Shown here piece by piece: positions 12,213 to 26,000 of a stretch of 64,000 bases of DNA (position 1 is its first letter; each line of letters opens with the position of its first letter). Source of the stretch: Patellaria atrata CBS 101060 (lineage: Eukaryota); assembly GCA_010093705.1 (NCBI GenBank), contig MU006103.1, forward strand, positions 531,121 through 595,120, read 5' to 3'. A program made the position numbers and the translations under genes. The notes below the pieces were generated by a model. It was not told where the DNA came from. It saw only the letters and a list, made by a program, of their open reading frames with translations, and made no database searches.

Positions 12213-13898
12213 CTATACGGTGGTCATTACAGATGCGTTTTTATACCAAGTGAGCAATGGATTCTCGCCATTCCTTGTCTGAGTGTCCTCAACATACGCC
12301 CAGCGTGTCAGAAAATCCTCGTGTGTTAGGACCCGCGTTAATTTGCCCGTCACGGCGCGATATATGTCTTCCATGATGGTAAAATTGGTGGGAAATAGGA
12401 TATCAAAGTAGCCTTGTTGCACCTATTCAATGTTAGCTTGATAACAAGCAATAATATGAAGGAGTGATTGCATGAATTAGATCTCAGCACAGTTAAATAG
12501 CCGTTTCAAAGGTTGTATCACACTCTTTCCTTTCTCAAATCAAGGGTAAGACTCACAAGTGGGGTTCGAACAGGGACTGTTCTTCTCTTGTACCTTGTCT
12601 GCACAACCGGCGCGTTAACCCCCTTAATCGTGTCAGGGAGCATGTGAAAATCGCTCGTCAGGAGCTTGTGGTTAGGGAAGTACATCTTCAAGATATCGAA
12701 AAACTGCAATAATCTTGTGGGTATATATTCTGGATCCGTGAGGTTTCCCTCCAATGGCATCAAGGAGCGGATAACGCGCTGGAGTTTAGAAGGGCATAGG
12801 GGATGTGGGTATGCGCCCGAACATGCAGCTTCGCGCACACGGAGGTATCGTGATGCTACGGGGTCGATATCATGGGTGTAGAACTCGAAGAAATCACCTT
12901 GAGCATCGATAAGAACGTTGCATTGTAGCGGCTCTTTTGTGACCGGATGGTAGCGTAATGCGTCGTGCGCAAAATTGTCGAATACCTCGAGAGCAAGGAA
13001 GAAACACGGGGACGGAACGTACATATCCCAATCAAAGATAGACCTGTTGATGATTTCAACCTTATTGGTATGACCTGCTGCGTAGGTGGAGCGGGTAAGT
13101 TGCTGCGATTGAAGGGTTGCGAGAGAGCTGGAAATTTCGATCACTTTAAATTTCGTGCGAGCGTAGACTTCTGGGTCCACTTCGCGAATATAATCGAGGA
13201 TATTCAGCATAAGAGTCCCATTCCCGGCACCCATTTCATATATGAGGAGATCGTGATACGGAAAGAAGGAAAGCTTATAGTTGGTTATTAGGTAGCGGGC
13301 GATGGCTTCCCCATAATACGGTCTAAAGAGTTCTGTTGGTGTATGCCAAAATTGCCTGGTTTCACTAAACTCTTTTTCGTCTAATTTATCCTCGACTGCC
13401 GTATATTGTCTTCCCAACTCTTTATAGAACTGAGACTCGTCTTCCAACTTTTGAAAATTGAACGGTTCATCCATTGAAAATATGACCGCTTGTTTCGGGA
13501 AATAGCCGTAATTAGGGTTATACAAGCTGTCTGATATAATGTCAGCTTATTTGTTCCCTAGGACATGTAGAAACAAGCTGACCTTCTATGAAATCCCTCA
13601 TTAACATCTTCACCCTCTTGGGTCTTTCTCTCCTTGCTTTTAACCCATCCGCAGTTACGGTAGGATACCTCTTGAACTCTTCTAATCTATTATCAGGGAA
13701 TAAATCCGTTCTTTGTTGCCATCTACTCTCAACTGCCGTATCTCCTTCCCTCCGCTTTCCATGACTGGAATTGTACCGCTTGGTGGTAATGGAGGAGGAT
13801 GGTCGCGCTGTGGAAATCAACGGTCGCAGGCGTGTAGCTTCACATGGTTTGTGTGTGAAGAACTGACGGAAGAGTCTCGAAATAATGGGCGAGTCCAT
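12213..13898 (-). CDS. NDUFAF7/MidA-like SAM-dependent methyltransferase, mitochondrial
   Basis: MLMRDFIE|DSLYNPNYGYF, IYEMGAGNGTL, ALEVFDNF, QGYFDILFPTNF; presequence-like N-terminus; 2 introns. Confidence 0.9.
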
Positions 13899-14117
13899 AA
13901 GAGAGACAACAGAATGGGTTGGTTACTCTCGAGTCTCAAGTGGAGCGACTTCGAATGATTGTAAGTGAAGGAAAGGACTGTGTCAGTTAAGACGCGATGT
14001 GGTCAAAGCTCCTAAAGCTCGTCTATCACCTTATCACCACTTCACCCGACCTCTAAGGTTTACATAAAACTACTATTACCCTTATTATCGAAATTCCGAC
14101 ATGATCGATACCAGAGA

Positions 14118-15636
14118 ATGGAACACCGTCAAAAGATATACTTAGCTATAGCATTCATTGCTGGTGTTTCATTGACTCTAGGATTCAAGGACGTCTACCC
14201 AGACTTGGACCGTCGTTTCCGGCAGTATCGAAGAGAACGTCGACGTGCTAACGCAGATAGAAGGAGGCCATCCTTGATAGGTACCATCTCTCTAACTGAT
14301 AATACAGTTAAAAGTGCGACGGAGAAAGCCATAGAGTCTTCTAGTGATAAGATTCTAGACGGAATTGAAGGCTGTATTGGAAATACCCCCTTGATAAGAA
14401 TAAGGTCTTTATCAGATGCTACTGGATGTGAAATACTAGCTAAAGCAGAGGTATCAGCATCATTATTGATGGCTGCGGTTGCGTTTAAAGATGCTTATGA
14501 TATAATAGTTTCTCAATGGAGCAGGTAATAGCCCCAAAGATCGAGTAGCTCTAAGTATCATCAAAGCTGTAAATACTCTTTATAACCTAGTCATACATAA
14601 TATACTAAGATATAGTAGGCTGAAGAAGAGGGTCATCTAACTCCACACTCTGGAGACATGATATACGAAGGCACCGTCGGTAGTACTGGTATCTCTCTAG
14701 CCGCAATATGTAGAGCAAGAGGGTATCTGGCACATATGTACGCTTATATGAGCATCTTATCTATAAGGTGAAGGGTCTCCAAACTGATGATTTTCAAGAT
14801 GCATGCCAGACGACCAAGCTACTGAAAAGTCCGATCTTCTCCTCAGATTGGGTGCTGAAGTTGAACGTGTACGACCTGCTCCCATTGTAGACCAAGATCA
14901 ATTTGTCAACAAAGCACGTAATCGCGCTTTAGAGCACACAGTCGATCCCTCGAAGCCTGGTCGTGGCATATTCGCCGATCAGTTCGAAAATGAAGCAAAC
15001 TGGCAGGCCCACTTTAACGGCACTGGTCCTGAGATCTATGATCAAACTTCCGGTCATCTCGACGCATTTGTATCTGGAGCTGGAACGGGAGGGACCATCT
15101 CTGGCGTTGCACTATTTCTCAAACCACGGATACCGGACCTAAAGATCATTCTGGCGGATCCACAGGGCAGCGGCTTGTTCAACAAGGTGAAATACGGGGT
15201 GATGTTTGATCCAAAAGAGAGGGAAGGTACTAGACGACGACATCAGGTCGATACGATTGTTGAAGGGATCGGTATCAACCGTGTAACAAACAATTTCGAA
15301 GCTGGTAGAGAACTTATCGATGATGCTGTGAGAGTTACTGACGAGCAGGCGATTGCTATGGCAAGATGGCTTGTGGAGAAGGATGGGATATTCGTTGGAA
15401 GTAGCAGTGCGGCGAACTGTGAATCGACTTTCTTCATTTCTCATTGTGTATACACTAATCTCAACTTAGGCGTTGCTGCGGTACAAGTAGCCAAACAACT
15501 TGGTCCTAGACACAGGATAGTGACCATCCTTTGCGATAGTGGGACTAGACATCTCAGTAAATTCTGGACGAAAGCTGGAATTATAGGTGGAAAGGATGAT
15601 GTAACAATGGATGAGATCCTCAGCATGTATGCGTGA
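14118..15636 (+). CDS. Cysteine synthase-like PLP enzyme with N-terminal membrane anchor
   Basis: IGNTPLIRI, AKAE|FLNGAGNSPKDRVA (PLP lysine), EGTVGSTGISLA, GAGTGGTISG, VEGIGI, FVGSSSA, LCDSGTRHLSKFW; 4 introns. Confidence 0.92.
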
Positions 15637-17032
15637 TAGGTATGTGATTGCTTTTTCCTCTTTCTACCACCAAACGTTAAACAGACTAATATGAGATAAA
15701 GGATACACACAAAACTAGTGTCGTCATAGGTCTCTGCGACTCCGGTAAGGGTTTAACAAGAATCTTACTCCAGTCGGATATCAAGTGTGAGGATGCTAAG
15801 CATCTATTAGCGATCTCGATAGATACCCTTCCTGCAATACTCCCATCTCAGTTTTACCGGCCGTGTCCAGCATCATTCAAGCGATCTCATCATCTCTTTG
15901 GTGCAGTTCAGCTTCTGCCACCTCTAGCGCAGCTAGTCTTTTTCGTGCGATGCTTGGTCGAGCCCTCTCGAGACCTACCGCAGGAATTGGGACATATCAG
16001 CTTCGTAATTTTCTTCTCGATGCTGGATCAAACTTTGCTTTGTGTGACTGCTTGGTATTGTAATACTGTCGGGGAACGCAATGGTACTTTCTCCTTTAAC
16101 CTCTATCATTTATGGACAGGAGTACAATAGAGAAGAAATAATCCGTTCCTGTCATATCATACTTTTGCACACCATCTCTAACTCTATTACATTCTAATAT
16201 CACATCTGTCCCAGTTGAAATTATCCCCTCGAACATGATATTCAGCTATCCCAACTGACCCTGGTCTTCTCACCATAGAGGATAACACTATCCCCGTAAA
16301 ATTCGACATATCTGCACTGTGCCGCTGGTATATTTCGGAACGTCTTCACTCTTGTCCTAAATGCGTAATAGAGCTTCAGATCTGGAAGCGATAGATACTT
16401 TCAAATTGGGCACGTCAACCCCACGAAGTCTGAATTCCCGAGACTGGTCTAGGGCGATAGACTGTCGTTAGTCTCGATTCGGACCTCCTCTCGCAGACAA
16501 TGCCAAGTGTTACTATTCATCTCCTCCGTCGACATCTATCTCTTCCGGAAATTTGATATAAGGAACGATGTAGATAGCAAAACCAATTTCGAAAATCCAT
16601 CGCCTTTCCATATGGGCACGCCTTAAGAGGAAGATATTCTAATAGGTTATACTCTCTTTCATGTTTATCTTCTGCTCAAGGAAACCATGTAACTGCGTAT
16701 TTTCTAGAGGGGGAGCGACGAGAGATCTTAAACAGGCCTCGTGCTTCAAGGGTACAATTATCTATAGGTATTGTAGAGGCCCCCGTACCTCTTCTTATAA
16801 AGCAATATATACAACCACTACCCGGATTCTTGATAGAGGAGTGACTTTCGTCAATTCCTACAACAAACCGAACGCCGAGTTACTGATATATTGAATAACA
16901 ATAGGTTAAACAAAGGTCTGCTGGTAATCTTCTTCCGACTACATACAATAGCACCCAGACCGCGGTATCTCTTAATGAGAAAAGTTTCACCCCCTAGATT
17001 TCACTACATATTCTCCCTCCTCTTTTCTCGCA

Positions 17033-18580
17033 TCAATTCTTCTTCTTAAGAAAGTTCCACTTCCTGCTCCTCCCCCTTTCACCCAAGTGTATGTAATCCG
17101 CCATAGAAATTAACTCTCCCATTGACCCTGCCTCTTCCGCACTACCTGTATCCCCACCAATCCCATCAATCGCACTAATCTCCGCATTCACATCATCAAT
17201 AATAATGCTTTTTCTCACGACTCCACCAAACGCGCCATCCCACTGCTACTAGAATCGTCAGCGGTACTGTAATCGCCCAGTAAACCCAGAACATATGTGA
17301 GATTGTCTTTTCCCGCATCGGAGGTGAATCGGCCCCAATTCCCGCACTGCTGAATTGTGAGTTAGATGCTCGATCAGTGGCAGTTTGTTGCGAATCTGAA
17401 TCAATATGCCAGTTGAACATGCCTGTGCTGAATATCGTGGCAACGTACGTCCCTGGTAAGAACAGCGTTGTCAAAAAGGCGAGGGTTTTCATGGCCGCTG
17501 CCATTATGACATTGAGACGGTTATTAACCTGGGAGATGATACTGTACAGCTGTGCCGCGGTTCAGTAATATTGAACACGAAGATGGACAGGGTTGAGCAA
17601 TTGGGGAAACTAACGACGTTCATATTAGCCTGACTGTTCTCCTTCAGAGAGGTATTATGCTGCTTAATACTCAACGCCATCGCAGCCAGGTGCTGAATGC
17701 GGAATTTCATTGCTCCTATACCCTTCAAATCATTTTTCAAATCGTTGATCTCTGTAAGGACGTCGCCCAGAAACTTCAAAGTCCTACACTGCCACTCGGA
17801 CGCTCCACAGAACCAAATTGCGTCAAAAGTTAAGCTGCTCGTCGCGATTGTTAAATCCCTCAGATTTAACTTGGCCTGCTGCACAGGCAAGTCCTTCACA
17901 ATATCCCGCACTTGGCCGCCGTATAACCGTCCCGCGCGGGTAGTGCACAACTGGCGCTGCACTTCCGTCAGCTGGTCAGACAGAAGCACTCTGCAGAAAT
18001 AGTCTGTCCTTTGCAAGTGATGCTGCGTCAAAAGCACTGCCAAACCAAGTGGATGGGGGTCCAGAATTATGGGGTTATTTTCATAATCTCGAAGAGTTCA
18101 ACAGAGGGGCGCGAAGCCCACGGCTTGTAGTCCATACTATGGTGTGTAACACCTGTACCATGGATGATAACGGTGGAGAAGCCCGTCGTAGGATCATAAG
18201 AGAAAAAGAGACCCTAATTGCCGACCTGAAACTTTTGGGATATTTTGATGACCATGTCCAAGCGCTTTAGATTACCACTCTCATCGAGCTCGATGCTGTG
18301 AGATGAAAGACCGGAATTGTCGGCCAGAGCGAGCAGTGTGAACTCGGGCAGGTGGAAATGCTGTGCAATAGAGAGGTAGGTGTCCTTGATATTGAGGCTG
18401 GGGGGATGAAAGTATGCTCGCTCAAGAATCAAGAGAGGCGTACCCGCCTTGAAGTTTTGAATTTGAATTGGCGTGCTCCAACGGGTTGAAAGCGCTGCGT
18501 TGGTAGACCTAGTCGAGAACTTCCTCTTGTATGAGTGCACCGGCGCGGGAATAAGTCGTTGCGTCGGGATCAAGAGAAAT
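17033..18580 (-). pseudogene. Degraded fungal CorA-like transmembrane-domain gene
   Basis: AMKTLAFLTTLFLPGTYVATIFS and FWVYWAITVPLT C-terminal TM pair. In-frame stops (QVGN*GLFFSYD; KITP*FW) and a frameshift before HPLGLAVLL. Confidence 0.7.
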
Positions 18581-19189
18581 AATTCTATTCTATAACACTG
18601 TGTTAGGACATGTTACTCAGTACATGATCTAAGTTGGAGAGTTACGGTTGAGAAGCTGAGAGCTACAATGTGCTCAGCTCGCTCGAGGCCACAACCAATA
18701 TCCCATATTTGGTTCCCGATCGTGGAGGTTAGGGGTAACCCCACTTCGGTGCCTTGATCGCTACGGCGCGCGTAGGAGAGCATGATAAGCTTCTTGGATC
18801 TATTGTCGAATTCTAATGATCAATTTATCTTCTGTTGCTTTTATAGTTCTAGTATATCCGGCCATTGTGTCTCAGCCATACCACGGCACGATCCGTGGTC
18901 CAAAGAGTCGAGTGCAATTTAACCTTTGTGCTATTTTTAGTCAAGCCAAAACCGACGCCGAAGTGCCGGTACCGGCCCGGAGTACTACGGTATTTTAGGT
19001 AATACGGTATTACAACCAGGGTACGAGCGTTACTCTGGTTTCTTTAGACCTAGTGTCAAGCTAGGAATTTAGCTTCGCGTTATTAGTTCTAGTCATGTCA
19101 TCAATCATGCTTGTGATCTCTCATCCTGCCGTCAGTAACAATGTTGTTCCTTGTAAAGCTGTTATGAATTTTTGTTGATCAATTCTATA

Positions 19190-19553
19190 CTTTATATTTA
19201 CTAAAGAATATCTCCGTAATATATTGAGGTACGAGTAGTTATAAACTTAAATATTAGTTTATGAGTAATTATTTCTAGACTAATATTTAAAAATAAAAAA
19301 GTAATTAGGAGAGTGGAAGAAATACTACCAAGCGCGGGAATTTGCTAAAGAATATCTCAGCAATATTATATATAGCTGGATCTTTCCTGAAATGGATTTT
19401 ATAGAAAAGCAGGAACAAAATAAGGCCTTATTCAATCTGTATGTAGAGAGAATGGCTGGACAGAAGTCTATAGAAGATATACGGGGAATGTGGCCGTTCG
19501 CCGAGGGGATTAAGAGAATGGGTCATGGAAGAGTAGGCAATACGCCTACTTAG
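19190..19553 (+). pseudogene. AT-rich remnant of the C-terminus of a fungal phosphotransferase-family (APH-like) gene
   Basis: About 19310-19553 reads EWKKYYQAREFAKEYLSNIIYSWIFPEMDFIEKQEQNKALFNLYVERMAGQKSIEDIRGMWPF; the upstream part is very TA-rich with many stops. Confidence 0.5.
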
Positions 19554-21116
19554 TAGAACCCTTGGGTTGGAAGTATTTTGGGATTTCTGTATGGGGACTT
19601 CAGCAGTGTACATCGGGTTGCAGATGGTGAGTATACAAATCGATGCATACTACCTGATAACATTATGGGCAGCGCTGTACTGTACCAACCATCCGCGCAC
19701 TGAGAATAGATTTTAACGCGGCATACAGCAAGGGACGTCTGGAGGTGTGGCTGAGTGACGATGAATAGTTCTCTTTCATTCAGGTTAGCTATCGGCTACT
19801 TTACGCTAAACAGCCAACACAACAACCTAGGAGGAGGGGTCTTTCCACCAACCTGGCACCGTTAAAAGGGGATTGAACTCAACGAGCCACTGGCACCGCT
19901 AATAAGACGAGCATCCGTTACAGCCTCTTTTCTATGGAGCAAAGATCAATAGCTATTAGTTCTATGTCGTCAAGGCGTGGTTGAGTTGGAGGCTCAAGGT
20001 ATAGAGACCGTATGCGTGCAGGAGATGGTTGAACGCTTCATTCACGTGTGTGTCGCATAAACTGCACGGGTAATCTAAACATGGTGAGTTACAAGGTCTT
20101 GGGGAAGATAAGGTACTCCTGGTGGACTAACATGAATTTGTAGTGTCAAAACAGCCCGGTATAACGATAACGATGGTATTGGATAGCAGACCTAAGGTAG
20201 GAAAACATCGTCCTCTCCTCTCTCCATTGCAACAGTATCTGAATAAAATATACCTTAAGAGGATGTCGTTTTAAAGTTATTGGGGTTACCGGTACGCACC
20301 ATACTAGTTACCCCCTGCTCATTAGAACCAGTTCTATATCCTGTCTGAAGTTCCACCAGCCGAACTTCTTATCCCAAACATCACAAGGATTGAACCACGA
20401 CGCGAGCTTGTGGTTTCTACCACACCAGAATTTGATAAGATAGAACTACGACAATGATGACCATGCATTTCTACCCTCATATACCTCATCAGAAATTCAG
20501 AGAATCAGAGGAAAAAGATCGCACTACAGCAAGGTAAATCCACTAGAGGTTAGACGCGCGAAGAACTAATGTGAACACTGCCACCGTCTCAGATCAATTC
20601 TTTTATGATATGAGAATAGATGCAAAGCGTAAAAGAAGTCGTCGTTCCTAGTTGGCAAATTTGGTAGAGTTGACAAGATCTGCAACACTAATTATAGTGA
20701 ATGGGAGAATTCGTTAATCAAATTCCGACATGAATGTAAGTACTGGGCTGTGTCAAAGGGCTGTGTTAATGCATCTAATACACCTTGGGGCCACCCCTAC
20801 TTGCATCGACTAAGCAGGTAGCGGAAAATGTACTGCATTACTGCACATCGAGGAACTCGACATTATTCAACCACGATCTACAGATGTAGATATATGAGGA
20901 TCTGTTTCCGGCCTTGGAACTGGTGTCCAATCAACCAACAATCATCTATATAACATGGGTGCAGCTCGGCAAGACTCTTGCCAATAGGCTGTCGCATGGA
21001 TATGATAAAGAACCGTAAACTCTCGAAAGGATCTACTGCAGTTCATCTCAACGTTCCTGTCATTCTACATCTATCCATATTCCCACACCTCCTTATTCTC
21101 TGTCATATCAAGCACA

Positions 21117-22326
21117 ATGGCAGGTCTATCGCCCGATGAATTTTCGTATCAAAAGACACACATACATCAAGACCAGGGCCCTAAAATTATAGGCATCTCA
21201 ACTTTCCTCGTCATCCTCACGTCGGTAGCGGTTGTCTCACGCTTTATAGCGAGACGGAGTCGAAATATGCGCTATGGGTGGGACGACTGGCTGTGTGTCC
21301 CAGCGTTGATACTAATTATAGGCATGTGCGCACTTAACGTGATATGTAAGCTACCAAGATTATATTCTATCAAAAGTTGGACTTTCTAACTCAGATAGCT
21401 ATTCCTTTTGGGTTGGGAAAACACCTACTGGCTACAGACCCTGCTAAAACATACAAGATTCTGCAAATAGGCTGGATTCTGTCCCTATTTTACACATTGA
21501 GCCACTTCTTTATCAAGATGGCTATACTGAGTTGCTACATACGAATCTTCACTCTGAATATAAGGTGGTTTAAATACACAGTTTACACGATGATGTTCTA
21601 TGTCAGCGCGTGGACAATAAGTCTTTTTGTCGTAGAACTTACAAAATGGTGAGATCAATCAGCCCCTCTATTTACCCCCCCTTGCTAATGTATGTATTCT
21701 ATAGCCGCCCTATTAGCTATTTCTGGGAGAGTAGAAACATATCACGTCGACTGCCAGCAGTTGGAAGGTGTACTAACAACAACGACCTAGCCATAATCTC
21801 TACTGCAGCTCTGAATACAGTCGGCGATATAGCTTTGCTAGTCTTGCCTATAACGGTTCTATGGAGATTAAACTTTAGCAAAAAGACTAAGCTTGGTGTC
21901 ATAGGGATATTTTGCTTTGGCATCTTTGCGTGCATTGCCTCTATGCTCCGCTTAATTTACACTGTTAAGCTATTCGAACACACAATAGATATAACGTGGC
22001 ACATGGTCAATTTATACCTGTGGACTTCCATCGAAGCTGCAATTGGAATACTGTGCGCCTGCTTTCCTGTCATTGGTCCGCTCCTAGCCACATTGGGTCG
22101 CAACGTCATCGCTCTTGTTGGCAAACCGGGTGAAGATAGTACAAGCATGGACATGAGCAAAATCCCGGATGGTTCAAGATATAGCAATATTCGGCGGTGG
22201 CCAAAATCCAAGCAGGAACCGGAGAAATTGTTGGATTTTGTGTACCCTCTCAACGCAAAAAATGGTGGGAGTGCAAGGACCGATGAGTATATCGTCTATA
22301 CCAGCTTAAAAACTTCGCCTGTATAG
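21117..22326 (+). CDS. PTH11-like integral membrane protein (fungal rhodopsin domain, no CFEM)
   Basis: RFIARR...GWDDW, GLGKH, IKMAIL..YIRIF, RPISYFW, DIALLVLPI, KTKLGVIGIF..G..ACIASMLRL, WTSIEAAIGILCACFP; 2 introns. Confidence 0.9.
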
Positions 22327-23044
22327 TCCTGTTAGTAGTGTTTAGGTTCATTACTCCTAGCTATAGTTGCGGCAATACCTAAAATACATGAACTACAGAA
22401 TATCAAATACTGTATATCGATACTAGTAGATCACCCTTCCCTTTGATAAACTAACTGGGCGACGGAAAAGACACCACATCATTATCTTTAACATTGCCGT
22501 CTCTGACACCATCTTTCATATCGCCGTCTCTGATACCACTAGCTTTGATATTGCCTCTTTAACATCAACATCACCTCTTTCATATACGTCTTTCGCACCA
22601 CTATCTTCAACATCACTATCTTGACATCGCCTCTTTGACATTACCATCTTCAACATCGATGTCTCCAACATCACAAGGAAGGTAGTCCTATAATACGATG
22701 TGGTGGAGCCCTTGGGAGCCTTGTGACAATTATTGTGGAGGATATTTAGAGGTACAGTACAGCGCAAAACCTCAAAGCTCACAGCAGATCAAAGTTGGGT
22801 AATAGAAGAGAATCTCGATTTTCTCTTATCTCCTTAAGCTTCCTATTTTAAGTAACCGAGTATTGTAGCACGGTACTTCACTAACTCCTTTCTACCTTAT
22901 TCTCCATTCTTTGACAATAGCTCCGTCGTAACTACTTCCTCCGTAATATTGACGTCTCATATGGGACCATCAGCAATACCGCTGGGGTGAGCATCAACCG
23001 ACATCATTGTACACCAATACGTTAGAGACATACATCAGTCGTAA

Positions 23045-26000
23045 CTACGCCCATATCTTCTTGAACTTGTCATCGAATTCCTCCTGCAACAATATGAACG
23101 CCCTTAGTACGTTAAGCAACCCCTTATCGACATCAAAGGCTTCCCAATCCTTAGAATCACCGTCATCTTTAGATTTCAATAGGCCGCTGTCCGTCTGGTC
23201 CTTCTCACTAGTGGGCTCTAAGTACTTGTCTATCACTTTGTCGTCTTCCCGTTCTTCATGCGCATCGCCACTGCCCATTAAACCTCCCATATCCATATCG
23301 GTCTGAGGGCAGCCCTTGGTGAAGTTGGTCAAGTTCGTGACGATAGTGGCGAGCACAAGGGAAAAGTCTAAGCCTGTATTAAGGACAGTAGTGATATACT
23401 AGATGTTAATGACTTACGATTTAGATAGAACTAAACGTCAGATGAGCGAATCATATTTGCCACCTCAAGCGCCTTAATGTCTCCGTGCTTGTAGAAATCA
23501 TAGAGATAAGCGTTGAGCGGCTCTCTTGGATAGATTGGTAAATGAGGCACTACCTGCTTCACACTCATAGTCCATCTTCGACACCTTTTCATTATCCTTA
23601 TCATCATCGTCTTCCCGTTTCCCCTTCTTCTTGATAGTCTTGGTGACTTTGGCACGAGCTCGTATCACCTCATTCTCTTTTGACCATTTTTCAAATTCCG
23701 TAACCTTCTTCCCTCAGGTGGTATTAGATTGTTTCCATAATTTTTCCTTCTTCTCTAATTCGTCCATCACCGTTGCCGCTAACTCTTCACACATACGGCG
23801 GTCATAGTTGAAGACGATTGCGGGAAGGGCATCCTTAGATTGCAAGTCGGTAAGAATTGAGTGTATCGTGGAAAGGAGATTATCTGCGTCTACTTCTCTG
23901 TTTTCGCATTTGAGATTGCAGTTGTGCTTGGTGGCAAAAGCACTCCGCCGGATAGTCTGGTTAAGATCTTTGCCCAATTTTTGCCGTACACTCTTGATTG
24001 AGGAAGTTAGGTCAGCCATCTACTGTACAAGGATAGATTTCAGATCAGCCTCCCACTTGAAAATATCAATCTTCTTGATAACATTGGAAAGTAGCTCATT
24101 GGGATCAAGTGATGCAGGAAGTGGGTGCTCGTCAGTCGTATATTTGACCATATAGTGCCAAAGACGTAAACAGTCCCTAGCTTCTAGGCTCAAATCGTCA
24201 GGGATGTCGCGAGGCTTGTTGGTCAAGCACGCAACAGGATGGACAAAGGCAAAAGCATCCATTCCATCCAGACCGGGTGTGTGGATGAGGGGATGACCTG
24301 GCAAACCAGAGAAGCAAAAGACTTTCGGAGGTACATAAATGAAACTTCTGTAGGTCTGAGTACCGATGATGTTAAACAGTGACAATCTTGTTACCATTTG
24401 CTTCTCGAGTTGAGCCGAGCCAATCACTGAACTCCTGCGGATATCCAACAGTAGTAGAGAGTGAAATTATGGGAGAAGATGCTTGGGGTAACAACTGTTC
24501 CCAAATAATACCATCATCAGCCTGCCTATTGCAGTGGATTTCGTCGAAAATGATCCGCTTAATTCTACATGACCAAGAAGACGTCTTGTTGGCATTGGAT
24601 GAGGCAAATCACATAATCTGGAGAACATGAGGGAGAATCACAAGTATCTGAGAGCCAGTGGGATTGTTGATGCAAAAATCCCGAGTATGAATACCCCAGA
24701 TCGAGCGACCGGGATGTCTGAAGGCCTTTGAAAATCGAGCCTGAATCTCGGCTGCAATTGGATTTAGTAGAGCCTTGGTGGGTGCTACACATATAGCGAC
24801 ATTATCGTCGGAAGCTTGAAGAATTTTCTTCATTGCATAAAAAGAGATGAATGTCTTGCCGGAACTAGTGGGTGCAACGACAATTAGACTCTCCTCTTTA
24901 TCAATGGCATCGAGAACCTTGCGCTGCCACGCATCTGGGGGAAAAGGTACACGAAAATTTGGTGTAGAGTCGATGGCTCAATCGAGGTACGGTCTGCAAT
25001 GCTCTAGTTGAAAGATCTTTGGGCCGCTGTTTATGGACAAACCGCCATACTTTTGAGTCAGAATATTCACATTCATGTAGGAAAAAGCCAGAGTTCTATC
25101 CGAACAGTTGTTCTGAAACGTAACCTCAAGAAGCTCGAGTGCTTTGGAAATCGTTTGCAATGCTGCAATAATCGTCACCGTCATTCCTACTTCAACCTTG
25201 GAGAGACGAAGATGAGCACCCCAAATCAAAGCCGAAATATCTAATCTAGGGCTAGTATCCTTGCTTTTGTTGCTGTCAGTCCAGATCCGAAGTAAGCAGT
25301 CGATCATGAACAGCTCTATTTCTTGCCTTCGGAGACCACTCATGTCCAGGTTTTGGATATAGGTGCGCGCCAAGGTGTAGCGAAGTTCGACGTTAGGGTT
25401 GGACATGATCTGTTTGTACTTGGATTTCTAGAACGCGGTATCTATATCCGCTTTCGGTCGCTCTCGTTGGACCTTGAGGTTAGCTGCAGCTTCTAACGCG
25501 GCGGCCTTGCCACCTTTCTTCGTAGGATTTCTAGGCTTTTTACAGCCATTCGAAGATGTTTCATTTGCTTGCTTTTGTGCCTTGGTTGACTTGATTTTGT
25601 GCACTATCTTCGTAGATCTAGAGGCTTGAGAGCTCTGTCCAGCAATGATGGTCTCCGGCTCAAGAACCTTGCCGGCTGCATTTGTCAGACTCGCACCATA
25701 AGCTTGCATCTCAACTATGAACAACTGATTTCTTCGACGCGCAAACCATCCCATATGCGTTAGAGAAGCCCGTGGTCTAAAGGCCTTGGTATGGTTATGC
25801 TAGTGTGAAAGCTCTTGAAAGACTTCGGATTCGCCGAAGTTTGAATGAGTGGATGGCTCATCGTCGGTCAGGAGATGAATAGGGGCAAGATGTTGGTTAA
25901 ATACTAGATTTCTGAATGGAAGAACTACTTGTTCACATGGCCCCAGTGGTGAGGGAATCATGGGAATGCTCGTCGTATCCGCGGGTACCGAGGCCGCTGG

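Noticed and set aside
15800..16620. Possible minus-strand gene remnant
   Set aside because: Short coding-like stretches with many stops; no family could be assigned.
18960..19020. GGTATT/AATAC cluster resembling the subterminal repeats at 1230-1295
   Set aside because: Too short, and no matching TIR was found.
22490..22680. Degenerate AACATC/GATGTT repeats encoding a D/V-rich peptide
   Set aside because: Irregular low-complexity sequence with no constant unit or spacers; not CRISPR-like and no credible gene.
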